Positions 24,534-38,463 of a stretch of DNA of 64,000 bases are shown piece by piece. Location: assembly GCF_963853765.1 (NCBI RefSeq), contig NC_088855.1, positions 41,788,001 through 41,852,000 of the forward strand. The letters are read 5' to 3'. Source of the stretch: Magallana gigas. Taxonomy: Eukaryota. The position numbers and the translations under genes were made by a program. The notes below the pieces were generated by a model. The model was not told the DNA's origin, searched no databases, and was given only the letters and a program-made list of their open reading frames with translations. Position 1 is the stretch's first letter, and the number at the start of each line of letters is the position of its first letter.

Positions 24534-27500
24534 ATGGAGGAAAACAGCTTTAAAGGTACACTTTGAATTTTATTGTGAAATCTACAACGTTCTACGATGA
24601 CAGATCGTTTTATTTATTTTTTTAATTTTTTAGTTCGTACCAAGTCCAAAATGCATGTCAATTTACTTATGTGCATTGTATATATATGTTTAGAATAAGG
24701 ATTTGTCGTGAGGTGCACATCAGTTCATGGCAAACCTATTCGGGTATTAATTTCCGTGCAAATGATTATGAACAGGTTGTTATACATGTCTATAAGTCTA
24801 CAGAATTAAAACTATTGTTTGAGAGTATTTAAAATTTTCGCGATATTGTTTAAATTGAATAGTAATGCGTGGCCATGTCTCATGTTAAATCATGTGTCTT
24901 TGCTTACTCTGAGTAACTATAATTACTGTTTACTTACAACATAGAAATTCCATTGCCAACTTTGTCACTATTCACATGGTTTTGTAATGCTTTTTAAACT
25001 CTTTTGCTCCACTCAGTAACATTAAATTAGTTCGTTACTCATCGCTGTCTACGTAGCTATATCATGTTTATAGCGAGATAATTTTGCATTTCAAACCATA
25101 TTTAAAACAAAGTCGATTATTAATGTTTTTGTTGTAAATCGGATTTTATTAATTATATTGAACAAAATATTCATCAATGAACTGCATTTGATATAAGGGT
25201 TTGTTTGATGTGTAGGCGCTCGACAAAATTCATACAAGGTTTCACCCAAACGTTAATATGTTGACATGTATCAAATATTTGTCTTGCCGACAGAACTGTG
25301 ATCAAGAACCGAGTTAGGATCAATTATCGACTAATTCTTTAAAAGACCATGTTTAGAATATGCTTTCGAAAACATCCCATCATTCATTCTTAATACATAT
25401 TTATTCAGAATATATCATTCCCCTATAAGGGGAACTTTTATGGCCATTTTGATATCGGATTATTTATTCAATGAACGGTTTATTTAGAACGGCGGCCAAA
25501 ATACTGGAAGGGCAAAAAATAATGAACCCAATCTCTTTAATCCCTTACAGCATGGGGTTCCGTAAACAGATAAATTTCTTCTTTCTTGCTACGAGATTTA
25601 GGATCTTTATCGGGTAGATCTTAATGATAAATCCCTATTTAGGAATTCAGAAACAAAGCCTTCAATGTTTATTCAGAGAAATCGGGACACATTGTTGCAC
25701 GTGTTATATGGATGCATCAGTAGAAATACGGAAGGAAAAACACAGTTTTTATTTAACAGAAATCGGTCTGAGATATTGATAAACGGTGTACATATCAGTG
25801 GACGATTTCAACGTGAAATGAGAAATTTGAATTGATGATTTTTTCTCTCAACTTTTAATCTCTTGATTGAAAGTCCCAGGACGTATCTCATGTTTTCAAC
25901 AAGTTTGAGTGTCAAAGAGGTCTACGTTTATCTACAAAAATCGTGCTGTCTTTTTAATAACCATTAAACACGTCCTTTCAGATGTCAATTTCGCTATTGA
26001 TTCTTGGATATAGACATTTGACTTCGATTAGCAACAACTATCGAATTTTTTCTCTTTTTTTTCAGTGCGACGATTTATGATTTTCTTATCGATGAATTAC
26101 GTCGATAGATTTCTATTTCGACCAATATTGTAATCAAATTTTCAAAGTGTAAATCTCATAAATCACTCGTCAATATAATAGCTCCATTTTTGTGAATTAA
26201 CTAATTGCATCGAGTTTTACGTCACGGTTATCTTCAATGGTTCTCTAGGTGATCAGAATATCTGCCCACTTTCATATTACCCATTGTAAGATTTATGGCA
26301 CTCTTACGTAGAGAGGGAACACTTGCACAAGACGGTGTGAAGTTCAAACACATCCGACAGTTAGCGACAGTTAGCGAGTTCTGTATTGAAAGTTTCTCGC
26401 TCCAAATTAATATCTCTCGTTATTTGATTAAAATCATCGCGAAAATAAGTACAAGGTTATCATTCAAAAAAGCAATATTAAGTCTTCGCAAATAAAATTT
26501 ATTTTACAGTATTGCCAGATCCTTTTACGATATGACGGTATTTATGAATATATTATGTACATATGTTTTTCCAGAAACATTTGATTCGGAGGAAGACCAA
26601 CTAAAGCATGATCTCCTTCATGGAGGGTATAACCTTAATGACCTCCCAAAAGTCCCCTCCAATGTCGTAAAATTGTACGTCTGCGCCAGTAGGAAAGGTG
26701 CGTTCAAAATAAATTTTACGAACCAAATTTATAATTTACAACTGACAAAAATGTCTATTTTGACGTTTAAGATGTATTTTTTTTTGGCTTTAGACTTTGA
26801 AAAGGAACGAGACATTTTGATTAAAGAAGTGTACCCCGATCTCCGACAATACTGCAGAGATAACTATGGCGTGGATTTCCATGTGAGTTCCATTAATTTT
26901 ATATACGTAAACTAAAGTAGCTACGATAGTTGCATTTGATATAAAACTGTTGAGCTTCAATGTACAGGCTGTCGATTTACGATGGGGGTCCAGAATCGAG
27001 GATGATGTGTTCCAACCGATGTTTCTCAGAGAACTTCAGCGCTGCCAGAAAGTGTCCATGGGGCCAAACATTTTGGTAGGAGGCATTCTATAGTTCTTTC
27101 AAAACTTAGCAAAAACAAAAGTTTATCGATATCTAAGGTTACAAACCTATATGTTTCAGTGCATGTTGTGTGAAGATGAGGACGTGTGGTACCCCCCTAT
27201 GGAAGTAGAAAAAGACGAGTACGAAACATTACTGGAATTCCTAGCTTCTTGTGGTTTTGAAGACGAGGCTATGTTTGTAGACAGATACTACAAAGAAGAC
27301 AAAAATGGACCGACTTCATATTATCACCTACAAGTGGACCTTCAACAATCTGGTAAATATCAAAGTTTTTCTAAGTTTGTATTTGACAAACAATAAAATT
27401 AACGTCACTAGTATTTGCGTTTGATTTCATGACCCTTTCAACAACCGACCGACTTAATTGCATAAGTAAAATTAAATAATACCACGTGCCTTTTCCTTGT

Positions 27501-30500
27501 AGATCCCGAAGAATGGTCGTCTACACTTGGCATACTGCAAAGAATATTTTTGAAAGCGTCTGAAGCATGTCTTCAGAAAGGCATGATAGACACAGAGACT
27601 TATATGGAGTTCAAACCCATTGGTAACCATATAGAAATTTGAACGTTAACTCTCCTTTAAAAAAAAGATTGTATTGTATTTTGATAATGTCCTACATTTA
27701 TTTGTGAGTTTGTATTCTTGTACGTCCATTTATAGGTTTGGAAAATGAGATTGAGACCGGAATAATGGCAATTAATCGACAACTTAGAGACAAAAACTGC
27801 ATTTTGTTTGTAAAACTGCCGTTCCAGGATGGAAAAGAGAGCCCCGTGAATGATAGCAGTAGCTCGTGCACGGGGAGTAGTAGCGGTTTTCTACCCAACA
27901 ATTTGAGGGAAACGGTGCTCGAAAATATGAAAACAAACAAGAACGTTATCATTGAGTCAGCAGAGGAAATCTCTTGTGAGAAAAGGGACTTTTGTAATAC
28001 GTTTGCCAACAAAATATATTGTTCAGTGAAAGAAATAGTGGACAGTTCAATGAGAAATCAAAATTCCGTGAAGGCGGATCCTTTCTACCATGAAGTATAC
28101 AACCATTGGAAGTTCCTTTTATCTTCACATTGTCCATTTCTCGAACGAGACGACCTCATGTCTGCCACTAAGGATTATTTTTTGTCAGAGACGGATCGAC
28201 CTTTTGCAATACTAGGAGAGGCCGGCGTTGGAAAGACATCGGCAATAGTTAAGATCATACGTGATGTGAACACTGCCATATATAACAAAGACCTGACAAT
28301 GCGTACGGCAATAGTGTTTCGGTTTGTTGGGGAGACCCAAATCATCACTGCCCGTCAGTTTCTGTTCAACATATGTCGCCATATAGTGATCTTAATGGGA
28401 AAAGACGAAAACGAAATCCCAACAGATTACAAGCAATTGAAATACTATTTTTCAGAACTTCTTCTGAGCGGAGAGTTTGGCGGAATGCTTATAATTCTCC
28501 TGGATTCGGTAGACTTGCTACAGGATAACCATAACTTAGAATGGTTGCCAATCAAGATTGCAGTTAATGTCAAGCTGATTGTTTCTTGTAGTTCTCAGAG
28601 GAAAACCTTGTGCACACATCTGCAAGATAGATGCAAGAACAGTGTCCACTACATTCATTCATTGGATGCCTCGGATTGTGTAAGAATTTTCAGAGCTATG
28701 CTTAGCTCAAGTTGGAGGTCTGTCACGTATGAGCAGATGTCTGTTGTTAAAGATGCCTTCCAAATATGTACCTTACCATTATTCTTGTCTATGGCAATAG
28801 AAGAGGCAAAACGGTGGCATTCATATGACAAATTAAAGTTTTGCGTTCTTGGAGAGAATGTGAAAGAGAACATTACTGTCTTCTTCAATCGAATTAACAA
28901 AGAACATGGTCGCTTGTTTGTATCACATTTCATTGGGTACCTAACTGCCGCCAAATTAGGATTAAGCGAGTCGGAATTACTCGATATAATGTCGATCGAC
29001 GAGGTCTTGCTCGAAGATGTGGATATGAAATGCAGTGAGACTTCCATAAGAAGAATGCCATCGTTTCTAATGGTACGACTGATACACGATCTAGAACCAT
29101 TTATCACTGAGAGGGAAGTTGATGGAATACTCGTAATATCTTGGAAACACAAACAGTTTCAAGACGCAGCTATGGAGAGATACCTTAAAAACGAACAACT
29201 GGTTAAGATGTTATACTCAAACATTGCTGACTATTTCTTAGGGACATGGTCAGGGTCTAAGCGAAAACCATATCGGAGCATCGAAAACAGGGCATTAGAT
29301 AACCTGCATGAGGATATGGATGCATGTCGATATCTATGTGAGCAACCAAATAAATTTGGAAATATAGAAGCTACCACAACGTACAACACGAGAAAGTTTC
29401 GACATCTGACTTTTAGTCTTCGGAAGAGTGATCGGATTGTTGAACTCAAGGAACATGCTTTGTGTAATCTAGATTATATGTTACACAGGATAAAATCGTC
29501 CACAATTCAGGAACTGTTGAGCGATTTTGATAATGCTCCAGATAGGGAAATCCGGCTTGTTGCTGATGCATTAAAAATGGCTGCTCCAACTATTGAAAAG
29601 AGTATCAAATGTTTAGGCGTAGAATTGTCTGGCCGATTGTTACCACATGCCCAATACTACAAATACATCAGGGAGTTAGTTTACTGTTGTGACCAATTCG
29701 CACAAAGAAACTGCCCTCTTGTTCCCAACTGCCAGTGCTACAACACACCTGGTGGGGTCCTTCAATACAAATTCAATGCCGAGAGCGCTTCAAACATCTC
29801 TTTTCACCAGAGTCCTATTGGAATATTTCTAACGGCAAAAACTGCGGGATTTCATTCTTTGCGAGCGTGGGAAATTTCCAGAGGGGATCCTCTTCCTGAA
29901 ATAGCGATGCCTTTCGGTCAAATTCATTCGACAAAGGATGGGAATTTTCTGAATGTATTTTGCAACGATGGAACAGTAAAAATCTTTCGCTCTGACTGCG
30001 GAGAATTGTATGATTCAATAGACTATAAATACGATGATATCGCAAAAATTTGCGTATCAAAAAAATACTTGGCTCTTGCTTTACAAAGAGAACCGGGTCC
30101 ATATATAATTAATGTTGCAGAGGCATCACTTCTTCACCGATTCAGTTATCATTCGCGAACTTTGGCCATCAACTCAAAGGAAACGCATTTTATATGCGAA
30201 TCAGGCACGACAATTTACTTATTTGACTTACCACAGCTAGTCCGAAGATGCACGGGCGAAGCAAGCGATGTTCCGCAACAAACAGTCTTGTGGGAGGACA
30301 AGAAATGCTTCGTTGTCACCAAAAGCAAGCACGTCGAATCAATAACCTTTGACATAGTCAACAAACGATATAAACGGAGCAATCTGATGACTGACATTGA
30401 CATTCGGGATATGAAGCTTTCAAACACTGGAGTTGCCCTGGTCATCATGACTGGAAAGAGTCTTCGATTGTTTTCAACTTGTACGGAAAAGGAGAAAATA

Positions 30501-32210
30501 CTCGACAACAACTTGCCAGCGTGTTGCACGACGTACCCTTCTTCAAACTACGCCAGTGTGACTTTTTCATATGACGACAAATTGCTGATTGCAATCCGAA
30601 GCTCTTTTCTTCTCATATGGAAAGTAGAAACTGGAAAGTTAGCCCGCATCTTAAAAACTGGACAGGTTGCACTTTCAAAACTTCTTACGTCTTTAGCAAA
30701 CAACACGGCAGCCACACTCACTGAAGACAACTGTGTTCATGTATGGGATTTGAACAACGTCGATTCTGCAATTACTCATGCAAACGAGATATTTCCAAAT
30801 GCAATCAGATCAGTAAAGTGTCTCCACGGAGGACACCAAATCGTTTGCTTTGGTTCCAATGGAGATGACGCAAAAATTGTGGACAGCGGTTCTGGACATA
30901 TCTGTAATATTTTACGCGACAACGATGACGTCGGTCAAGTTCGTGAATTGGTCGTTTCCAGAGATGGTTCTTACATCATCACAAGATTAGCTACCCAAAC
31001 CTCCAAAGATGAAACTTTCAGAAATGTTCTTTTTGATGATGTTTTATGGGATGTGCGAAGTGGCAATAAGATTCGCCACGTGTTTGATAGTCGCTTTGTA
31101 GCGTTTTCACAAAATTGCAAAACACTGATATTCGTTACCTCTGTCAATATATCCGAGAACTGGATGAATAATGTCTACAACCTAGAAACCACCGCTCTCG
31201 ACTCTGACTTTAATTTCCTGTGTGAGTTTCCCGAAAGGACTGAGTTTTTGACAACGCCGTGTGTAGTGTCCGAAGATGAATTTAGTTACATGGTTGGGAT
31301 TGTGAAAACGTGCGAACCTGACTCACCCGAGAAAGAAACTGAAAACGATTCTGTGACGCGGTTACTTATTAGAGGTCTATTTAGTCCTTCAGCATCATAT
31401 AGAATGATAAAAATCAAAGACATTGTCTCCAACCTAGACGAAAACAGCATTTTTATTGACGCTTTTCCATTTCAAGAGTGCAGCTGTTTAGTCGTGTATG
31501 AAACGAGAGCGAACCCCAAAACTTCCAGTGCGGTAAAATCGCTTCAGAAAGGGGCAGTGCTATACAATGTGGAGAAAGAAGAGTGTCTACGCCATTTCAC
31601 CTCATTCCTGGAACCAGCGACTGACATATCCTTGATTTCATTTTCCTCTAATAAACAAGTCATTCTTGACAGTCAAGGAACAGTATTTTCCATCGAATCC
31701 GACTACAAAGTTCCAAACACGCGCATAAAAAGCATGAACTTGAAATTCCCATGTCTAGCTTTGAAAGGACAGTATATTGTCGGGCTTTCTAAAGACTTTT
31801 CAGAGATACAAGTCTATCGCGTCAGTGATGGTTTTCAGAACGCAAAAATACCTGTCCATGGTCGTGGAAGCTGTCTGAGCGTGGGTTACGACGACAGAAC
31901 GATCGCCGTGGGCTGTGAAGATGGAAGAGTCATGATATGGACTCTGATTCTACACCTGAGTGACCCCATGATCGAAGTAATTTCCAAACTCCCAAGTCGA
32001 ATTCACAGTCCACATAAAGTTGAAGAAAACCAGAATGGAGCTTTGTTGGAAAGCGATATTGACTACATTACAAGTCGAAGCGTGCCGAACAAGACGGTGC
32101 CTTGTCCGGCTGACGTGAGGAGACCCCCGAGTCATCAGACCGTGTCCACGGCGGTGTATCTGACACAGCAGTCCAGTCTAGGGAGAGAAACGCCGTGTAA
32201 CATCCAATAG
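24534..32210 (+). CDS. NWD2: NWD1/NWD2-like STAND protein: DUF4062-like N-terminus, NACHT NTPase, WD40 repeats; ~1709 aa from ATG 24534
   Basis: Exons 24534-24555 (acceptor at 24400), 26575-26697, 26794-26882, 26968-27075, 27160-27352, 27503-27622, 27736-32210; all GT-AG and in phase. Motifs: LPKVPSNVVKLYV..DFEKERDILIKEVYPDLRQYC..VDLRWG (DUF4062-like), Walker A GEAGVGKTS, Walker B IILLDSVD, WD-type VHVWD and VMIWT. The true start could be further upstream; NWD1 versus NWD2 is uncertain. Confidence 0.85.
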
Positions 32211-32880
32211 ATAACGCTTTACGGTTGTGTTGGTGTTTTATAGCTGTGATAGAGTTCGTGCCAATTTGTAATCAAAATGATATTTATGTGATATATATTT
32301 AGTGATATACATTATTATATTTTTTACATGTAGCGATTGGAATGTATTAAAGATGAACATGTTTTTTGACGGTTTTGTGATTATATTAGTGATTAGCGCT
32401 TTTTGTTTGAAAAGATAGCTAAAAAGTCGGATAATGCTTCGATTTCAATAATTTAACTCGATATAAAACAGAATATGTTACTAATATTATTTGGTTCACG
32501 TATGCTCTTGTATAAATTTATCATATAATATATTGAACGTGATATGAAATTTTACTACGATAAGATAAGGTTCTGAACAGAAAGGCAAACTAAAGGCCCA
32601 GGGATTTAATAATGATAATGAAAATGGTTCTTCGAGAAACTTTTCTTTGACCTTTAGGCCTTTTGACCTGAATGTTGCATTCCCTTCCTATGATATAAAT
32701 ATTGTAAATATTGTAATATTGTAAAATTGATTATATATAAAATATCGTCACACGATTTGTCATGATTTGAATTTGTCAAATCTCACCGAATTCCCTTGAT
32801 GGCCCCTGGAATTGTCAGAGACACGAGTTCGTGTATTCCTTTCAAGAAGAGTCTTCACAAGACACACACAAGTGCAAACG

Positions 32881-35504
32881 ATGAAACTTGCCTCTGTTAT
32901 TTTGCTTGGAATTTTCACAGGTAAGTTATTTTAAAAGAAAAATACTAAATCTGATAATCTATATTTCATTCAAGACATGCAGAAAACTTAAAAGAAAGAG
33001 TTTTGCAGTTTATGTAATTTATAGTTTGATAATGATTAGATGGATTTCGTGCTAAACTCGTATTAAACTTAAGTTTATTAAAGTGCCAATGTTTATTTCA
33101 AACTAATTAACATTTTAAGAAAAAAGCTGTGAACAGGGACGTATATACTAATATAAGTTATATACATTTGTATGTCTCTGTTGTGAACTTTTGTTCAAAA
33201 CGCCTTGAGAAATATCATTTTTATACATGTACATCATACAGTGTTTAAATCGCTAAATGAAAAAAATGGTGAGTTATTAAAAAACAAAAGGCATTACCTT
33301 AAAGTATCTTACCCTATCCGAACCTAGTCGATATTGTCAATTTGACCTTCCAGTTGAAATGAAAGAGTTTTTTCAAAAATCTCGATTGAAAATTTCGTCG
33401 TTTTTGGGGTGCGTATTATACATAGGAACAGCGGGGATTTTTTTTTTTAGCACGGGTGCATATTATACAGATGATTGTAATATACGAGACTTCACATATT
33501 GAAAATGTCGACTATAATAGGATATGGCAAGATACTAGAAAGTTAAATGAACTAACTACATATATAAGTATTCTAAAATCTACAAAAATAAAAACAAGAG
33601 GCGCATGGAACATATTGCTTACCGAGTAATATTGGCCATAACTAATCAGCAAGCGGCAGCGTTATGAATCAAGGACAGGCTATCCAGTATCCAGTTTTAG
33701 AATCAAAATTGAATTTGACAGTTTAGCTAAATATTCTAATTTTCACAAATAATCAGAAGAATTACTTTAATTTCTATCTAATTTCTAGTATTTCTTTTAT
33801 GACATTTGGATTGTGTTGTCCTTATTATTTCAATAAGATAATATATAAGTGTATCTTGTTTTCAGTGTGCTGTGGACAGTACGATACCTACTACTGTAGA
33901 TATCTGTCTAACGCCGACTGTACGTCCAAACCCGAGGACCTGCAATGTGGGACGGACGGAAACACGTATTATAACGAGTAAGTGTCCACTGCATGTAAGT
34001 AACAAAGTACCCCCCCCCCCCTCCACCTACTGTATAATCAGATTTTCAAAATTATGATTAAATCATGAATTTCATGACGTGTTTTGTACGCACAATTTTA
34101 GCGCACAGAATACACGTGGTTGGGCGAAATTAGATAAATATTCCATGTAATTTGATTTTATATAAATATTTTATGTCCAAGCAAGAGTACTTTAGATTTA
34201 AAAGATTTATCCCTCAAACAGTTGAGGTTAACATGAAGTATTGCACGTGTAGTTTTAATTTAAATCCATTTTAATTACTCCCACTTTCAATGTGGGCTAA
34301 TTGGGAAAAGATACAAAGGTAAGGGGTTTATAGCCTTGGTCGCAAAGTAAATTGCCTCGAACATACTATATATTTCCCCTTGGCGAGACCTGAACAATCC
34401 ATAGCATCATTAACTCCAGCTCGTCTCATAAGACGGGGTAAATAAAAATCCCTCTATTGGGTTATCCCTCTTGTACGAGGTTTATTATACCTTAAAAATT
34501 ACACACACGTTTATTTACTCAAATAACTGGAAGTAATAATTATTTGAGGTAACAATTTACATGATATTAATATCTTAAAATAAATTTGCTCTATCTAAGG
34601 TGGAATGGAATATCTTTCAATATTAATGTGGATAAATATTATAATTAAATAAATTTTCAAATTACAAAAAAATACGTCTTCAAACTTTTTGGAAAGGTGA
34701 CAATTTCAAAATCCCCCGCGGGATTCGAACTCATGACTTACGGTTTTGAAGTGAACCTTCTAACCCAATGCACTTCGCTGTAAGCTGACAAGTAAGGAAT
34801 GGGATCTTTAATAAAATTACACTTCATTTTATTGCTTATTTCGATAAATAGTACGTCACAGCATAGGGGTGTCCCATACCACCTTAACTAAGTTCAGTTA
34901 TTTGACATTTCATGGACCTCTCAATATTTTCCTTTAGCTGCGATCTCTCCAAGGCCCACTGCAAGGACAACTCACTCCACAGACGGTACAAGGGGCCCTG
35001 TCCCGTGGACAGTGTCGCCACCACCACCACCAGCAAACCCATCGGCGGGGGAAGCATCACCCATCCAACCCAGGCCCCAATCAACGGGTCCGAGATTGCC
35101 TTTGACATCTTCTGTTTAGATCTGTTTCACCATGATTGTTCCAATGAAATGGCACAGCCCTTGTGTGCATCTAACGGGAAAACCTACCAAAACCTGTAAG
35201 CACATTATACACCAACCCAAAGTATGAACACGGATACTTTGTTGATATACTAATGAAAACCTTAATGATCTACTAGTTTGTATAAATCCAGTGCAGAAAC
35301 ACTCAGATATTTCAAATATAGTATCCACTGAAGGACATGAAGCTTGACTCTAGTAGAAAAACAAATTGCATTATTACCTATATCTGTAATTTTGCAGATT
35401 CTTATGAAAGTATTTTTTTCTTCTTCTTTTTTAGATGCGAGTATGAGAAGACAAAATGCACTCACAGAGAATTACAGATTGTTAAAAATGCTCCATGTAA
35501 CTAA
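32881..35504 (+). CDS. Secreted two-domain Kazal-type protein, 4 exons, 159 aa
   Basis: Exons 32881-32920, 33866-33977, 34938-35195, 35435-35504; in phase. Signal peptide MKLASVILLGIFTVCCG, two 6-Cys Kazal modules (CGTDGNTYYND-C; CASNGKTYQNL-C) and a Thr-rich linker. AATAAA at 35507-35512. Confidence 0.88.
33134..33180. mobile_element. 47-bp mini-hairpin element (degenerate copy)
   Basis: CAGGGACGTATA...TATGTCTCTG flanked by CTGTGAA/TTGTGAA (6/7 direct repeat); same family as 41720-41765. Confidence 0.6.
34595..34886. mobile_element. Kolobok-like MITE containing a tRNA-like segment
   Basis: Left CTAAGGTGGAATGGAATATC vs right GTGTCCCATACCACCTTAA. Internal minus-strand B box (GAGTTCGAATCCC) at ~34719-34731. 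Confidence 0.55.
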
Positions 35505-35592
35505 CCAATAAACTGTGATTTTTTGGATATGTATGTGTCCTGTGTCTTTAAAAAAATGATTTCAATTCAAATACTGAAATTAAATTAAAATT

Positions 35593-35593
<1 letters not shown>

Positions 35594-35629
<36 letters not shown>

Positions 35630-37900
35630 GATCAATAGGTATGATAAAATCAGCTTAATGGAGTCATAATACAAACTATCTGGACAATGTACAATAATAC
35701 ATGTAGATCCTGTATAAATAAAATCCATTTTTCTCCTGGATATTCTTATGTTTATAATCATTAGTCCCTTTTCTAACAGGATGATTTTATAGTCATATCA
35801 TATGTTGAGTATTGCAGTTCTCAAATAGATCCTTAACAATAGTTTATATATGGGATATAAACCTACATCAAACTCTGAACCTTCTTGTGAGGCCAAAGAA
35901 TTGTCCTGGGGCCAAAGTCTTAACAATTATAAAGAATCATCTGGCTGATTAGTTTCTGAGAAGAAGATTTTTAAAGATTTACTCTTTATATTCCTTTGTT
36001 AAACTTTGACCCCCCCCCCCCCCATTGTGGCCCCACCCTGCCCCTGGGGATCATGATTTTCACAACTTTGAATCTACACTACCTGAGGATGCTTTCACAC
36101 AAGTGTCAGCTTTCCTGGCTGATTAGTTTCTGAGAAGAAGATTTTTAAAGATTTACTCTATATATTCCTATGTAAAACTTCGACCCCCCCCATTGTGGCC
36201 CCACCCTACCCCTGGGGGTCATGATTTTCACAACTTTGAATCTTCACTACCTGAGGATGCTTCCACACAAGTGTCAGCTTTCCTGGCTGATTAGTTTCTG
36301 AGAAGATTTGTAAAGATTTACTCTATATATTCCTATGTAAAACTTCGACCCCCCATTGTGGCCCCACCCTCCCCCCGGGGGTCATGATTTTCACAACTTT
36401 GAATCTACACTACCTGAGGATGCTTCCACACAAGTGTCAGCTTTCCTTGCCAATTAGTTTCTGAGAAGAAAATTTGTAAAGATTTACTCTATATATTCCT
36501 ATGTAAAACTTCGACCCCCCCCATTGTGGCCCCACCCTACACCCAGGGGTCTTGATTTTCACAACTTTGAATTTACACTACCTGAGGATGCTTCCACACA
36601 AGTGTCAGCTTTCCTGGCTGATTAGTTTCTGAGAAGAAGATTTTTAAAGATTTACTCTATATATTCCTATGTAAAACTTTGCCCCCCAATTGTGGCCCCA
36701 CCCTATCCCCGGGGGTCATGATTTTCACAACTTTGAATCTACACTACCTGAGGATGCTTCCACACAAGTTTCAGCTTTCCTGGTCTAATGGTTCATGAGA
36801 AGAAGATTTTTAAAGATTTACTCTGTATATTCCTATGTAAAACTTCAACCCCCCCATTGTGGACCCATCCTACCCCCGGGGATCATGATATTCACAACTT
36901 TCTTTGTACACTACCTCAGGATGCCTTCACACAAGTTTAAGCTTTCCTGGCTGATTAGTTTCTGAGAAGAAGATTTTTAGAGATTTACTCTATATATTCA
37001 TATGTTAAACTTTGACCCCCCATTTTGGCCCCACCCTACACCCAGGGGTCATGATTTTCACAACTTGAATCTACACTACCTGACGATGCTTCCACACAAG
37101 TTTCAGCTTTGCTGGCTGATTAGTTTCTGAAAAGAAGATTTTTAAAGATTTACTCTTTATATTTCTATGTAAAACTTTGACCCCCCATTGTGGACCCACC
37201 CTACCCCTGGGGGTCATGATTTTCACAACTTTGAATCTTCACTACCTGTGGATGCTTCCACACAAGTGTCAGCTTTCCTGGCTGATTAGTTTCTGAGAAG
37301 ATTTTTAAAGATTTACTCTATATATTCCTATGTAAAACTTCGATCCCCCATTGTGGCCCCACCCTACCCCTGGGGGTCATGATTTTCACAACTTTGAATT
37401 TACACTACCTGAGGATGCTTTCACACAAGTTTCAGCTTTCCTGGCTGATTAGTTTCTGAGAAGAAGATTTGTAAAGATTTACTCTATATATTCCTATGTA
37501 AAACTTCGACCCCCCCATTGTGACCCCACCCTACCCCTGGGGGTCATGATTTTCACAACTTTGAATTTACACTACCTGAGGATGCTTCCACACAAGTGTC
37601 AGCTTTCCTGGCTGATTAGTTTCTGAGAAAAAGATTTGTAAAGATTTACTCTATATATTCCTATGTTAAATTTCGACCCCCTATTATGGCCCCACACTAC
37701 CCCTGGGGGTCATGATTTTCACAATTTTGTAACTACACTAACCTGAGGATGCTTCCACATAAGTTTCAGCTTTCCTGGTCTTATGGTTCATGAGAAGAAG
37801 ATTTTTGAAAATTTCTGGAAAATTTTCATAAATTCCTAATTATCTCCCTTTGCAAAAGGGCATGATCCTTAATTTTCACAACTTTGAATCCCCTTAGGCT

Positions 37901-37949
<49 letters not shown>

Positions 37950-38027
37950 GAAGATGTTGAAAATGTGAAAATATACAGACAGACGGACAGACAGACAGAC
38001 GAACGACAGACAAAATGTGATCAGAAT

Positions 38028-38063
<36 letters not shown>
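35594..38063 (+). mobile_element. Complete HINE/Helentron non-autonomous element with ~12 copies of a Cg170-type 166-bp satellite
   Basis: 5' AACAAGAGGCCCATGGGCCACATCGCTCACCTGAG. ~166-bp units (GGCTGATTAGTTTCTGAGAAG at ~35943, 36117, 36284 ... 37609), a (GACA/GACG)n tract, and a 3' hairpin AGCTCACTTGAGCTTTCAGCTCAGGTGAGCT whose CTCAGGTGAGC complements the 5' subTIR. The Cg170 assignment is from recalled consensus. Confidence 0.88.
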
Positions 38064-38064
<1 letters not shown>

Positions 38065-38463
38065 TATAAAACTTGTAAAATTACAATGCATATTTAAGAT
38101 TGATCTTAGTAACAAGTTTATTCCTGGACATATTTCATATTAAAAAAAACATCATAAGTAGACAATGAAACTAGTTCATAGAGAGGAAAAATTTAATTGA
38201 ATGATGTACAGAAAAATGCCATCAGAAAAAAATTAGCTTAACTAAATAAATCAACATACATATGATTATAGACGACACTCTTTCTTGAGAGAAAAAAACA
38301 GTCCTGGCTAACTTTGCAAAACTAATGTCATACTCTTTCTCACAAATTCAACCTAAAGACTTGCTCAAACTTTGCATAACTTCTTTTGTCAGAAATCCTG
38401 GGCAGGAATTTGAAGACAAGTGTTTGTCACTTTTATCAGTGCATGTAGCAATAAATGTATTGA

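Noticed and set aside
27698-32135. Several minus-strand ORFs opposite the NWD gene
   Set aside because: These are antisense shadows of a long coding exon.
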